Shown here: positions 27,283-40,848 of the stretch, piece after piece
Numbering within the stretch: the stretch's first letter is position 1
Layout: every line of letters starts with the position of its first letter
From: Podarcis erhardii
Lineage: Eukaryota
DNA: 64,000 bases
Assembly (NCBI GenBank): GCA_964252035.1
Contig: OZ176202.1
Direction: 5' to 3' (one strand)
Position numbers and translations under genes: made by a program
Notes under the pieces: generated by a model
What the model was told of the DNA's origin: nothing
Seen by the model: the letters and a program-made list of their open reading frames with translations, nothing else
Database searches by the model: none

Positions 27283-28885
27283 TACAGGGAGGACAGTGAC
27301 CTTGGAGAAGGGCAAGAAAAACAAACAGAAGGGTTGGTGTCACAGCATTATGTCAAATTCCCAAATGTTCTAATGTACCCCCAAAAGTTCACAACCACTG
27401 TAGTGATGCTCACTTATCAGGGTATAAGTCCCATTGGGCTTGGAGCTATTTTTGTATAGGAAATAGGATTGCACCATATTATGACTGCAATAGTACAGAG
27501 GGTTTGCAAAAGCTGCAGTGAGTTTTTATGAACTTAAATTGCAATGACCTAGGCCAGAGATGGACAGGTTTGTTCAAGTACTCAAAAGTCCACAAGGGAA
27601 CATACTTGTTACCTGCTGTGTCTCATTTTTCTTGCTGTTAAAATCCAGGATAGGCACTGTGACTCTTAAAAAGGATGACAGCAATAAAACAGTAACAAGA
27701 TAAAAACGTTAGAATATGCCTCTTTGAGTTCCAAGGTCACTTATGATTTAGTCCAATTCTTGCATTGATGTTGACCTCACTGGAAATCAATATCTCTGTA
27801 TTAGTTTTGTGCACTGAAGTATTGGCATGTCATTTGTCAAGTTATTTTCTTTGCTGGAGCAGAAGATAACATAAACTGAAGTGCTTGGAACTTGAAAGGC
27901 ACATCAACCACTTGAATTCTCATCATCAAATGAAATAGTTAAAAGCATTTCCAGACAATATTTGGCATGGTAGATTGTGAATTTCCTTTGTTGTCTTTAG
28001 CGGAGTGGGTTGTGGGAAGGGGGAGAGGGGTCAGATTTACAATTTGCTAGTTGAATCACCCCCCACCCCTCTCAAATCAGGTCTGTGCTGTGACCAAGCA
28101 GTAACCTGTAAAAACAAGGAAAGTAAATGCAGAAAGTAGGGAGAAAACGAAAAAGTGAAATGTGAAATGTAAAGGGAGTTCTTTTTGCCTTGCCACATCC
28201 TTTCAGCGTGCTGTTGCTTGCAGCAATAAGCACTATAAATAATTTCAGGTAGAGGGATTCTAAGGTGATGTCAGGTTTGGTTTGGATTTCCGCACAGACT
28301 GTCTTGATAACCACAGACCTCAGTTCTTTGCATATTTAAGTAGTGCGGGGATAGCTCCGTTTCCCCCCATTCATACTCGCGTTCCTGAGATGAAAAGTGC
28401 ACAGATGTGCTCTTTAATTGCTCATTTATTTCACGAAGTTTTGATTGGCTTCTAACAGGCTTATCCTAAGGCTCCTTGTGTCATCCCCAAAGAATGGAGG
28501 ATAGTGCACAGCAGAACTGTCTTGAACATTATGCAGCACACAAGGATTGCAGATATATAGCAATATAAATAGAGAAGGTGCTTTATAAAAGACAGCAAGC
28601 TATTCTCTGAATGCTTCTTTTAAAAGACAACTATATTTATGGGGCCAAGTGATATTGTCAATGCGCTTCTATTTGGGCAATAGTTCTTTATCACCTTCTG
28701 GCTAACACTGAAAAAGTAATATTCTAAAGGGTGCGATGGGGTGCATTTACAGGAATGTTTCAAGAAGATAGCATTTTTTAAAATTCCAGTGAATTGGGCA
28801 TTTCACTAAATTGCCTGCATCAGAGGCAGAAAGGACAAGTCTTTGAAGCAGAATTTATATTGTTTTTAAAATGTGTCTTGTATGA

Positions 28886-29013
28886 TAGCTCAGACAGTAG
28901 AGCATGAGACGCTGGGTTATGAGTTCAAGCCCCACGTTGGGTCAAAGATTCCTGCATTGCAGTAGATTGGACTAGATGATCATCCTGGTCCCTTTTCTAT
29001 TCTACAATTCTAC
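28886..29013 (+). mobile_element. Short tRNA-headed SINE with a CR1-like tail
   Basis: TAGCTCAG...GTAGAGCATGAGAC...GTTCAAGCCCC A/B boxes, then GGACTAGATGA...GGTCCCTT...ATTCTACAATTCTA. Confidence 0.7.
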
Positions 29014-29121
29014 AATAAAACATATTTTGATGTACCACTTTAAAACCCAAAAGGTTGAAAGGGGTGTTTCATACATTCAATTTCCAGGTGAGGAGAAAAC
29101 ACAGGAGAGGCTGCACTGAGA

Positions 29122-29123
29122 TG

Positions 29124-29174
<51 letters not shown>

Positions 29175-29278
29175 TCCCACCCATCTGGCTGGGTTTCCCC
29201 AGCCACTCTTGGCAGCTTCAAACAAAAGATTACAAATTCATTAAAACATCAGTCATTAAAAACTTCCCTAAACAGGGG
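29122..29278 (-). mobile_element. L2 3' end with an (AAT)n tail
   Basis: About 16 AAT units followed by CCCACCCATCTGGCTGGGTTTCCCCAGCCACTC. Confidence 0.82.
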
Positions 29279-29699
29279 AGTTTTTATTTCTAGTGAAATT
29301 TCAGTCTTCCTGCTGAGTCCCATGGTCCTTGGCAGGACAAAAGACCATGTGCATCATTTGCCACAAATGAGAGCTCTATGGGATATCTATTGTATTGATG
29401 TTAGTTCCCCAATGCCTGCCATCATTCCTGCATGAATCTGCACAGCAGCCGTGGTCATCTTCTGAAGCTCCACCCTGTGTTCCACTACCATGGCAGGTGT
29501 GATTGGTGGAGACATGAGGCAGGCCTTTTGGTGCCAGTGTTGTGAAACTGAACCTCCATACCGGGGAGCATTGCAAAATAACAACAAATATATTAGTGAT
29601 ACTAGCATACAAATACGTATTGCACAGGGGGAAATTGCTTGCAAAGATGTGTTTATTAGGAGAAAGTAGCACAAAAATGCTGACAAATTTTCTTGAGGG

Positions 29700-29702
<3 letters not shown>

Positions 29703-29733
<31 letters not shown>
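29703..29733. repeat. (TG)n microsatellite
   Basis: Direct reading. Confidence 0.95.
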
Positions 29734-29735
<2 letters not shown>

Positions 29736-29882
29736 AAAATTTAGCAAATGCATACAGGTATGTTGATAACTGAATTTAAGATTGGGCAAAAAAGGGAATA
29801 AATAAATCAGAAATCCAACAATTCCTACGTGAAGGGTAAGCACAAATTGTATATTGCTATTTTGGCTTCAATGGCAAATTGT

Positions 29883-30319
29883 TGCTGTTTAGTCATTTAG
29901 TTGTGTCCGACTCTTCATGACCCCATGGACCAGAGCACGCCAGGCACTCCTGCCTTCCACTGCCTCCCGCAGTTTGGTCAAACTCATGTTCGTAGCTTCG
30001 AGAACACTGTCCAACCATCTTGTCCTCTGTCGTCCCTTTCTCCTTGTGCCCTCCATCTTTCCCAACATCAGGGTCTTTTCCAGGGAGTCATCTTTTCTCA
30101 TGAGGTGGTCAAAGTATTGGAGCCTCAGCTTCAGGATCTGTCCTTCCAGTGAGCACTCAGGGCTTATTTCCTTCAGAATGGATAAGTTTGATCTTCTTGC
30201 AGTCCGTGGGATTCTCAAGAGTCTCCTCCAGCACCATAATTCAAAAGCATCAATTCTTTGGCGATCAGCCTTCTTTATGGTCCAGCTCTCACTTCCACAC
30301 ATCACTACTGGGAGTAGTG
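29883..30319 (-). mobile_element. Bov-B LINE 3' fragment with a 12-bp TSD
   Basis: ORF 29889-30389(-) contains GSESWTIKKADRQRIDAFELWCWRR...KSRTQLND; TSD ATGGCAAATTGT at 29871-29882 and 30320-30331. Confidence 0.95.
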
Positions 30320-31404
30320 ATGGCAAATTGTAGTTTGTTCTAAAGAGGAAGTAAGCCATTGAATTGGAATAATTCTGGTGAGTTTTCACAAGGACTTAAA
30401 AAACAACCAAGAATTACAAACTGAAATGGAAATGTGGAAGACAGATTCTACTATTGGGTGGGGAGTAGAAACTGAGAGAAACCAAAGTTGACAGATTTGC
30501 CCATTGCTACTCCTCTATGCAATGCCAGTTGCATGGAGAAACAAATGAAAAGCACTTATCTGTGTGTAGGATCTGCCTTCTGACTGCACAAGCCTAGCCA
30601 TTCTTTCTTCTTTTAAAATGTACCTTCCGGAATTGATTCCTCTGTCATGACTTTGATCACAGGCCACCTACCCACGGTGTTGCTCGCAGCCACTTGAATC
30701 TAATCCCTTAATTGTTTTGTATTGCACACATCTTCATTAGCTGATAGGTTCCTTGAGCCAGAGACCTTGTCAAGTTCCATACGTGTATATAAAATGATAT
30801 TATGAGTATAACCCACAAGGACAATCATGATCAATGTAGGTTAAAATAATACAATGTGTAAAAGTGAAAGGGGCTTTATCATTCCTGGGGGCGGAGGACA
30901 AAACACCACGTTGTTTATTATTGCTGTCTTTTAGTTTTCAGCTACCGTTTTCGTAGGCAGCTTAATGAGCTTTTAATTTTTCATGCCGCTGAACTGCAGA
31001 GAAGGCTTCCTTTGCAATTACATAAGTTTTTATACTAATAATACAAGCGCTAATGTAACAATTGTTCCTTTAAAATGCTTCCTGTAAAATGCTGTGCATG
31101 ATTCACCGTGATAATTCTTCCAGTCTATTTGTGAAAAATATTTTGTTGCATGGCATATACTTTTGTGCTGTGTTGCAACTGGAAATTCTCCATGCATGAC
31201 TTAATAGTTAATAGCAGAGAAGTAATAAAATGCTGACCTTTAATCCAAGTTCTGCATACTGTGCAATGCCATGATATAAACATGAACACAATGAAATTAT
31301 GCACACAGAGAATACATATTTGTTTCTCAAAAACATATAGGAACACGTGAAGCTGCCATACATTGAGTGAGCCATAAACAAACCCCTGTGTTGCAATATA
31401 GACA

Positions 31405-32260
31405 AGCTGAACAATATAACATTTATAGACTAATTTATTTATAGACTAATACAAATGATCAGAAATTACAACCAAAGTCTCTAAATCTTCTTCACCAGTC
31501 ACAGTTGTTGTTGTTGTTTAATCGTTTAGTCATGTCTGACTCTTCGTGACCCCATGGACCAGAGCACGCCAGGCACTCCTGTCTTCCACTGCCTCCTGCA
31601 GTTTGGTCAAACTCATGCTGGTAGCTTCGAGAACACTGTCCAACCATCTCGTCCTCTGTCGTCCCCTTCTCCTTGTGCCCTCCATCTTTCCCAAAATCAG
31701 GGTCTTTTCCAGGGAGTCTTCTCTTCTCATGAGGTGGCCAAAGTATTGGAGTCTCAGCTTCAGGATCTGTCCTTCCAGTGAGTACTCAGGGCTGATTTCC
31801 AGTCACAGTAGAATAATTCAAAAGTTTGATATATACACAATCAGTCACCAAATATTGCCGGAACAGAGTTTCCGGATAACCAATCTATTACGTTCAATGC
31901 TTCATCAGCCAGACTTGTAAGAATTAATATGAGAAGGATGCAGTTCAATTTCTTAACAAGCCAATCTTACATGTAAGCAAATATAAATGCTGTAGAAAAT
32001 ATGTTCTGGATCAGTGCTCATACGATACTGTAGTCACTGATGACTACATATTGAACGAAACAGATTGGTTATCTGGAAACTCTGTTCTGGCGATATTTGT
32101 TGACTGATTATGTATATATCATTTTTTTTGAATTATTCTACCGCGACTGGTGAAGAAGATTTAGAGACTTTGGTTGTAATTTCTGATCATTTGTATTAGT
32201 CTATAAATAGTGTTTAGTGCCATTGTTATTGGCCATTGTGTTGTGTTATATTGTTCAGCT
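31405..32260. repeat. Long inverted-repeat (fold-back) element interrupted by Bov-B
   Basis: 31436-31500 is the exact reverse complement of 32145-32209 (65 bp). 31801-31910 inversely matches about 32036-32148 at roughly 88%. The outer 17-bp IR is 31405-31421/32244-32260. Confidence 0.85.
31506..31798 (-). mobile_element. Bov-B LINE 3' fragment with an 11-bp TSD
   Basis: ORF 31530-31730(-) MRREDSLEKTL...VHGVTKS; TSD CCAGTCACAGT at 31495-31505 and 31799-31809. Confidence 0.95.
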
Positions 32261-32640
32261 CATACATTAAGTGAGAGCAGTGGTGGTGCTTGTTATTGTT
32301 GTTATTATTATTATTTTTATATGTGTTTTGGCTGAACGTTCTCGATTGACAGATCATGATGGATCCTTAATAAACAGCAGAGATCATATAACCTCTGCAA
32401 AAGCTTTGTGCAAATAAATCAGGATGAATGCTCAAACAGGGCATCTCAGGCAGAGATCTTTTCTAACATGTACTGCTTGTTATTTTTTTAACTGGAGATG
32501 TCAGGGATCACTTGATGCTTCTTAGAAATAATAAAATGTATAGTGTTTCTTCATCTCTGTATATACCCCCTTCCACGGTGCTGTTAACATGGTTAATATA
32601 TTAGCAGTGTGACCAATTCTATTGCATTTGTTTTTTATAA

Positions 32641-32853
<213 letters not shown>

Positions 32854-34371
32854 TAAGTCAATACAGTGGTCTCATTTCATATTTATAGAAGCCTTCAAAA
32901 TTTAGCCATTCGAAATTGTGTATTCATAAATTGTTTGAAGTTGTTTGTTTTGAAGTTGTAGTCATTGCTGTCGTGATGATAATAATGCCTGTATCAGTTC
33001 CATCAGGAATACATATGCATTAGTCAACTAAATATTGTTAATGCTATTTTAGAAATACTTTATGGTGAATTACTTGGGGGGGGGGGAATGTTAAGTTACA
33101 GCAAGGAATGAAACAAACACCTTTAGAAATGTGTTCAGAATGATGATGTGGTAGGATACTGCCCTCTAATGGAAGGATCCAGAATTATTTTTCTGTGAGT
33201 CATCATAACCTCTTAATATATAATTACACTTTAAGGATTTGTGGAGTAGAAATGTGCTTCTCAGTTTGATGAGAGGGAATGAAAGAGAGAACTGACTCTA
33301 CCAGAGACTGTTGCTTTGCATTTAATGATACTTCTCGCTTTGTGACAACCACTGCAATTTAGATAGCAGCACGTCTAGCGAACTTTAAGAGTATCTCACC
33401 AAATAATAACTTCTAGCTAATAGGACCAGTTTTCTCATATACCAGGTTTCTGCCCTTGTGCTGACCTTTCTACTCTTTGAAAACTGTTCCCGATCCATTA
33501 TTGCTGACATCCCTATTTAAAACTCATCAGCATGTTCACACATACATCTAAGCACACACACACACACACACCAGTGCTTTTTGAGGAACAATTCTGGAGT
33601 ACGCCACTCATTTGGGCTGAAGCATGAATGGTTAACATAATTCACATAGTGTTCTGAATATAGTAAATGATATCACATGCCTAAAATTAAACTTGTTGTG
33701 TGCAGTTGTTCAGTATCCAGCTGAATACTGAATCCACTGAAAACAGGAGCGAAAGACAGTGTTTCTAATACCTATCTTACCTCAGTTCTATTTTCATTCC
33801 AATAAATTGTTTTGATAATAGACTTGCTTACTTCACATACATTTTCCAACAGTTGTCATAGTGATTATTTCTGTGATATTAAAGTGATACCAAAGAATAT
33901 TGATGACACTGGTCCTACGTTTTTTGTGCTGCAGCATTCAGGAATGAGGGGGATGTAGCTTTAGAACATCATTTGAAAAGAGGTAGTTCAATGTTTCTCA
34001 CATTTATTTATAAACTAGTTGCTTGTCCATCCCCCCCCCCTTTTCAAATGTGCTTCTAGATGTCAGGTCTTTAACGAACATTCAAACTGTTGGTGTGGGA
34101 GGTTGAAGTGCAGAGCAGGCATGAAAAATAGGTCATTTTGTCTTGGAACAGGGCAGGCAAAAACAAGGAGAAGAAATACAAATAGGGAATGAGTTGTCAG
34201 GACTGTTTTAACAATTAGCAGTATCACACTACAGTCAATAAAGATGTTAGCTATTTCACTTCTTTAGTATGTATGTTTATTCAGAAGTTTATACTAAAAA
34301 AGAAAGAAAAAGGTTATTTAAAAAAAGTTGTGCACAGTGCCATCAAAGTGGATGCAGAAACATTTCTTCCT

Positions 34372-34520
34372 CTCCTATAATGCTAGAACTAATGGTAAGC
34401 CTATGAATTTGATCACCACGAGATTTGGCAAACTCTACTTACGAACTTCGTTGCTACATGGTGTGTTGATGACTACTGGATTTAATGGGTTTCAAATGGG
34501 CCGAGGCAAATTCATGTGTT
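34372..34520 (+). mobile_element. Old, degenerate CR1 LINE fragment
   Basis: AGAACTAATGGTAAGCCTATGAA...GATGACTACTGGATTTAATGGGTTTCAAATGGG...CAAATTCATG resembles the CR1 ORF2 end. Confidence 0.45.
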
Positions 34521-35530
34521 GTTTAAAGTATGTGTTGTTTAAAGTAATGCTGAGCCAAACTTACGAAAGGTCAAAACTTCAGTTTGAATTTGGGGTGAGA
34601 TCTGATGGTGGATGGCTTGGTGAAACTGCTTCACTTTTTTTCCCCACTTTTTTTTTTTTTTTTTTTTTTCCATTTTCAGTGATTCTAGCCATGTTTCTCT
34701 TAGTGGGATGGAGAACGTTGCAGAGCTCCTCCAAGATCAGCTACAAAAGCAGCTGCTATTTTTGATTCCACAGAATCCCTTCTTCTGAGGGGTATTCTGG
34801 GAAATCTAAGATTGTGATCACTAGGCCTGAGAGTCTCTCTCCCTCCATCAAAAGTTGCCTCCTAACTGGCAAATGAGAAAATGGGCCCATGAAATTAAGG
34901 GGGAGGCATAGCTATAAAAAAGTACATTGTGGATCAGTGGAACCTTTGAGTGTAAAGAATGTGTACTCTGGAATTTACTGTGTGGAAGGAGCAGAAATTA
35001 TTCTGGCTAACTACTTTTTAAGTGGCAAAACTAATTTTAATCTGTTTACCACAAATCACTGTGTTATATTCCAAAAAGGTAATTTAGGTTGATGCCGAAG
35101 TGAAGCAGCTGTTTGGTTACAAATATTAGTGTGCATATAAATGACTATTTCTTAGAAGTAAAGCAGAGTCATGTTTCTTTTATTTGCCAATGTTCTGTCT
35201 TTCACAAATTACTGATACTGTAAAAGCATTATTTGTTCTTGGAAGATTGAGGGTATATAATTATTTGCCCCCCAAATTTTATATGACTGCCTCTATTTAT
35301 TTTTTGGCTTGTTGCATAGCCTTGAACATAGAAAACAGTAAGTCAGAATAGCAACTATGTCTCCCAAACAAACCATAGTTATATTACTCACTTTCACTGA
35401 ATGCTGTGCATAGTGGTAAATGTAATTCTTTATGTTTTGATTGTGTGTATGTGTGTGTATGTGTGTATATAGTGTGTATGTTTATGTCTCTTGTGCTTTT
35501 ATATAATTTAACGGGAGGTGCCACCATAGA

Positions 35531-35739
35531 CCATATTTTTCACTCTATAAGACGCACCAGACCATAAGACGTACCTAGTTTTTGGGGGAGGAAAGCAAGA
35601 GAAAAAATATTCTGAATCCCAGAAGCCAGAACAGCAAGAGGGATCGCTGTGCAGCCTGCATTCGTGCCATAAGATGCACAAACATTTCCCCTTACTTTTT
35701 AGGAGGGAAAAAGTGAGTCTTCTAGAGCAAAAAATACGG
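35531..35739. mobile_element. pogo/Tigger-type MITE (CCGTA-end family)
   Basis: CCATATTTTTCACTCTATAAGACG ... TCTTCTAGAGCAAAAAATACGG|TA. Confidence 0.8.
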
Positions 35740-37639
35740 TAATTACAGCATGATAGAGCATTTGTATTGGTTTCCAAGAACTCCATGGCCTGACCTAGAA
35801 GACGTATTTACATTTTTATCCACCAATATATTGATTATTCAAATAAATAGCCTTCATTTTTTTATGAACTATTTCAAAATGTATTTTTACAGGATGCTTT
35901 GAATGTTATTTAGAGCTTTTGTCTCAAGTACCAAATGCTTCATTCCCTCCTGAAGCTGCAACAATTTCATGGAGCACTGAGTTAGGGAAGGGAGTAATTT
36001 TGCCCAATCTAATGCATTTTCAACAAGGGACATAACATTTCATTGCTGAATGTCTTTCATGGTGGGAAAAGGCAGTACGGGTACGAAAATTACCTTAAAT
36101 GCTCAGCGTCTTAAATCTTTTAACAGTTTCAGGCTTTGACTGAAACAACTTAGCCAATGTACCTGAATTTTGAATTCTTTAGTTTAGAAATCAAGTCTCA
36201 TTATCCACCAGCTGACAAAGTGGTTAAACAATATCTTTGATTGACTAGTGCATTGGGTTGAAATTGACTTTTTAAAAAACTCCTTACACCTTATGGGTTC
36301 TCCTTTTCCTGGCATTTTCTTCTTCTGGAAAATACCCATGTATTGCTTAAACCTTGAAAATCTTGTATGCTAAGGAATAATTTCATAGGGTGGCATTCAA
36401 CTAAGTTTTGAAATTAATGTACATTTCTGTCCATCCATGAATCACCAGTGCTGCATTTATATATTTGAAGTAATGCATTTAGTGAAAGCCTCCAATTTAA
36501 AAATATTTCAGCTAGCGTTGAATATTCTATGGCTAAAAACATTGAGGATGGTTTTTCTTTTCCCTACTTTGAAGATAAGGCGTGCACACCAAAGAATGAA
36601 CATTTTACATTGGTTCTTCCACTCAAACATGTCTGAAACCAGATGGAGGTAACGCTAATAACATCAGTAACAGAGTGGTATAATTTATTGTTCCTCGTAG
36701 CGTAATCTGTAGTTCTTGTTTAGAGACTAGTCATCTGTTCAGATCAAAATGCATTCAATGTGCAGGGTAAAGAGAAAAGAAGCAGTAAATTGATGCTTAA
36801 TTCACAGAGCATTAGCACTTCTTCTGCACCTGCTAATTTACTACCTACTGCGCTAGCAAACTATAAAGGCTTAATTTACATCCATCATTCCACCTCTGAA
36901 TCTGACAGGAATATAAGATTGCGATTACGCTTTCAGAACCTGTGTATGACCTATGATGTCATTTTCCAGGGTACGTTAAATTACAAAAAAGGCAGTAGGT
37001 TTCTAAAACTTAATGTATATTTATAGAAAGCTGACTGATGCCTTGCTTTGGTAGCTCATAATTGGTTGCCCATTTCATTTTAGATGCAAACTATATTCAG
37101 TATCAGCAAATGGAAGGGAAAACAGTTAACCTAGTTCTTTAAAGTACATATCAGAAAGAAGACATGTTATTCACCTGGGTAAAAAGGAAAAAATAAAGAG
37201 AAAATAAAACACCTTGCCTAGTCCCCCCACGAGACATCTATTTGCTATAGACTGTTTCCTATCACGTTGCTTAGACTTTCTGACATTGTGTTATCGTATT
37301 CCTGTTACATGTTTCATTTCCTTTTTAATGAATTGGATGGTTATCCTACAGAAATTTCAGATAATTTGAGCAAGATTTTAACTCTGGCCAAACAATTAGT
37401 TGAGGGGCAAATAAAAAGCTATGTATAACTGCTGGTGTTTCCCATTCTTTTCTTTTTTTATGAATGGATATATTTCATTTGTAATATCTGAGACTTTCCT
37501 ATCTCCCAAATAAGTGACAGCCAAACCTTTGCAACATGGTGGTCTGTATGTGATTTTGGCTATTTGGATGAAGACTCGTGAAATTCTTCCATATACATTC
37601 AAAGTCAAATTCAAAGAACCAGTGTGATTAAGTGTTAGA

Positions 37640-38352
37640 TTTCAGTCAGCAATCAGCTCAGTTGCCTGTCCTAGGAAAATCTGTCTCTCGGTCTCACGGG
37701 AGGGAGAGCACATGATAAAATAAGATATGTACCACAGTACCAATCTCTGTGATGCCTTATAAATGTTGGAGGAAATGTATGAAGTACATAACATCCAAAA
37801 TCTCAACACTTCTGGTGATACTGTATTGCAAATGTCATTGCATCTACGATTCATTTTTATCTTTCTTTGTTAAAATAACAAAGTACTCTAGGAAGTACTC
37901 AAGGAAGAACATGAGAAATATTATGGGCCTTTGGGGCTGATTTGTCAGCACTCTTTCTGTGACTTTATTTAAAAATAATATACCATATTTTCCCATGTAT
38001 AACATTCCCCCATGTATAAGATGGGGGACTGTTTTTGGGGACTCAAAATTAAGAAAATCGGGGGAGATTACCCATAGTAGTTGAGCTTTCTTGAGGGGGT
38101 TTGCCAAAATCACTCACCTGTCTGATCTACGCTGCCTCTTGCACGTTTCACAAAAGCCACCTATCACCTGCCCCCTCACTGGGAGAAGCCACCAATCTCC
38201 CGCCCAGTTGCCACAACAGTCAATCAACACCAGTCCTTGCTGCAGCCACCAATAACACACCCAATAGTGTTTGGCAGCAACCAATCCCACGTTCCTCCTA
38301 TTCACTATCAGCGTATAAATAATTTTTTAACATAAATTTTAATAAAAAAAAA
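37640..38352 (+). mobile_element. Degenerate L1 3' fragment with a nested Tigger-type MITE piece (about 37982-38080)
   Basis: C-rich 3'UTR-like tract ending AATAAAAAAAAAA at about 38341-38352; MITE end TACCATATTTTCCCATGTATAA. Confidence 0.4.
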
Positions 38353-40606
38353 ACCCTTGTCTTATACACAGAAAAGTACAGTATGCATAAAGGAGATAGA
38401 AACTGACATTGTTGGGGGGCATTTTCTAATTGGAAAAGAGGCAGGCAGGGGGAAAACCCCACTCATAATGATTAGTATATGCATTCTGCAAGGTGAGAAG
38501 GAACAACAGACGTGCCGCTGAAAGTTCACTGGCATGCTGCCATTCCATAAATGGTTCAACTATTAAGACTGCAGTGGCTTGCATTAACTCAGAGTAAATT
38601 CATCAATGAAGTGTTCGCACAATAATGTTCAATAAACACCTTTGCCCATTGCTATTACTGTTTAGTTTACACACCAATTTTATTGATTGCTTCTATAGCA
38701 CCGAAAGGATATAGCACTCAAGTTCAAATTGATACATATGTTGGTCACTGCATATTTTTTTTAAAAAGGGTCTGGCAGGCTGGTTATATTACATGCACAT
38801 GTTTTTATTTTGTTTTGCTGTTCATAGCTTCACTGAGAAAGCAGGAACCTACATTGTACTGGGTGGTGAAACACAAGAGTTATGGTTGTAGAAAATGTGT
38901 GTGTGTGTGTGGATTGAGTCATCATTTATACTGCTCCCACTTTCATGTGGTTATAATTCACATGAGCATGTCACTGTAAAACAAACTAGAAATGTGTATT
39001 ATTATCATACAATGAACCTTTAAAAAAAAATTCCTTGATAATCTAGAACTCAAGGAAAAGCGATTTAGAAGGTGGCCTGGTGACTCTTACCCAAGATAAG
39101 TGCTGGGCTAAGCCCTGCTCAGGTGTTCCATTTCTCCAGCGTGATGACCATTGGGTGAAAGAGAGCAGGAGTGGGGTGGAAGATGGAAAGTATTTTGTCT
39201 GAAGTGGGGAGCCCCATTCTACATTCATGGAGGATCCCTCTAAAATTTAGAACATGGTTTCTACTTAATTGTAACTTGTGTGTGTGGGTAGCAGCTATGA
39301 GTAGAGGAGACTGCCCTCTTCAGAAGAATGCCCTTCAACCAGTAGAGAGAAGAAAGGTCAGAGGCCTGGAGTAGGCAGGGCTTGCCAGTGATGGCCCAAG
39401 AGAGGGAAATGAATAGCCAAATAGGGCTAAAATCCATGTAGAATGATTCTTGGTGTACTGATAAATGCTAAAAGTAAATGTGGATAATTGAAGCAAACCT
39501 GTTCTACATACACTTACCCTGAAGGCCCTCTTTGATGCAAGATGTTACTTTGACATCATTCGCAATGACACCAACAACATAACAACCTAGGAGTCTTCCT
39601 TGCAATATTTTTGCTTTAAGCATTGCTTGCTTACTGTAATGGTTGCCAGGGCATCATGGCATTGCTCAATTGGTTGCACATTGGCATGGTTCAGGTAGCA
39701 TAGGAGCATCAGATTGGTTCTGCCACTGTACCTGCACAGTGCTGAGCTGCTGTGCTGCTTCTACATCTCTCATCCTTTCCATATCCATTAGCAATGCTCA
39801 GCTTTAGGAAGCAGGTGAATAACACCACCCCACCTGTACAATCCTGCTGACTGCAACTGCTTGCTTGTTCATGTATTCATACCACGCCTTTTCTGTGTAG
39901 TCCAAGGCAGCGATTTAATTATAGGCATTTCCACTATTGTAGAGATTAGCCAATACCCAGTTTGCTAAATGAACTGTCTCTTTGGCAGTAGGAAATGTTG
40001 CAAAGTAAACAGCAAGCATATTTTCTCTTTTGCCCATGTTCCTTCTTTGGGCCCAATGGATAATATTTATTTAGCTCCACTGTGTGCTAAATCTATATTA
40101 ATTTCTGCAGTGCTTTAATAATGAAAGTTGTAGAAATTAATACCATTCAGTGGTGCATTGCAAAGCCTTTTGTTTATGGCAGTATTTTGTGAGAAGCTAG
40201 GGTGCTATAAATATGTTAAATCATCTCCTGTTTTTATATCAATAGGAATCCATTGTGTAAAAATAATTTCTTAAGGGTTTTGCATGCTCTTCAGAAGACT
40301 AAGTATAAAGTTTATTAGATTAATATTAATCTGATTTTCAAAGATCAAGGGACCTTGCACTCTTCTCCAACAGCTAAATTATACATATCTTTTATGAATG
40401 TTCACTTCTCTGTTTTGTTTTAGCTTTCCAGTATGTAGAACCACTGAGTCTGTATAGTCAGATATAGACTTTTGTTCTAGTGATTTATTTTGATTTGTGC
40501 ATGGTAAGATAATTATTCTTGCTGTTCCTTAATATTTTACTATGCTGTCCAAAAAAATGGCTGAATATATACACTAGTTGCGAGTCTTGCATTCTTAAGA
40601 CCAATA

Positions 40607-40848
40607 CAGTGGTACCTCGGGTTACATACGCTTCAGGTTACATACACTTCAGGTTACAGACTCCGCTAATCCAGAAATAGTGCTTCAGGTTAAGAACTTT
40701 GCTTCAGGATGAGAACAGAAACCGTGCTCCGGTGGCACGGCAGCAGCAGGAAGCCCCATTAGCTAAAGTGGTGCTTCAGGTTAAGAACAGTTTCAGGTTA
40801 AGTACGGACCTCCGGAATAAATTAAGTACTTAACCCAAGGTACCACTG
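40607..40848 (+). mobile_element. Tigger-like MITE, family A copy 2
   Basis: TA|CAGTGGTACCTCGGGTTA...TAACCCAAGGTACCACTG|TA. Confidence 0.92.

Noticed and set aside
28886-28935. tRNA gene
   Set aside because: A/B boxes are present, but the cloverleaf is incomplete and runs into a CR1-like tail, so it is a SINE head.
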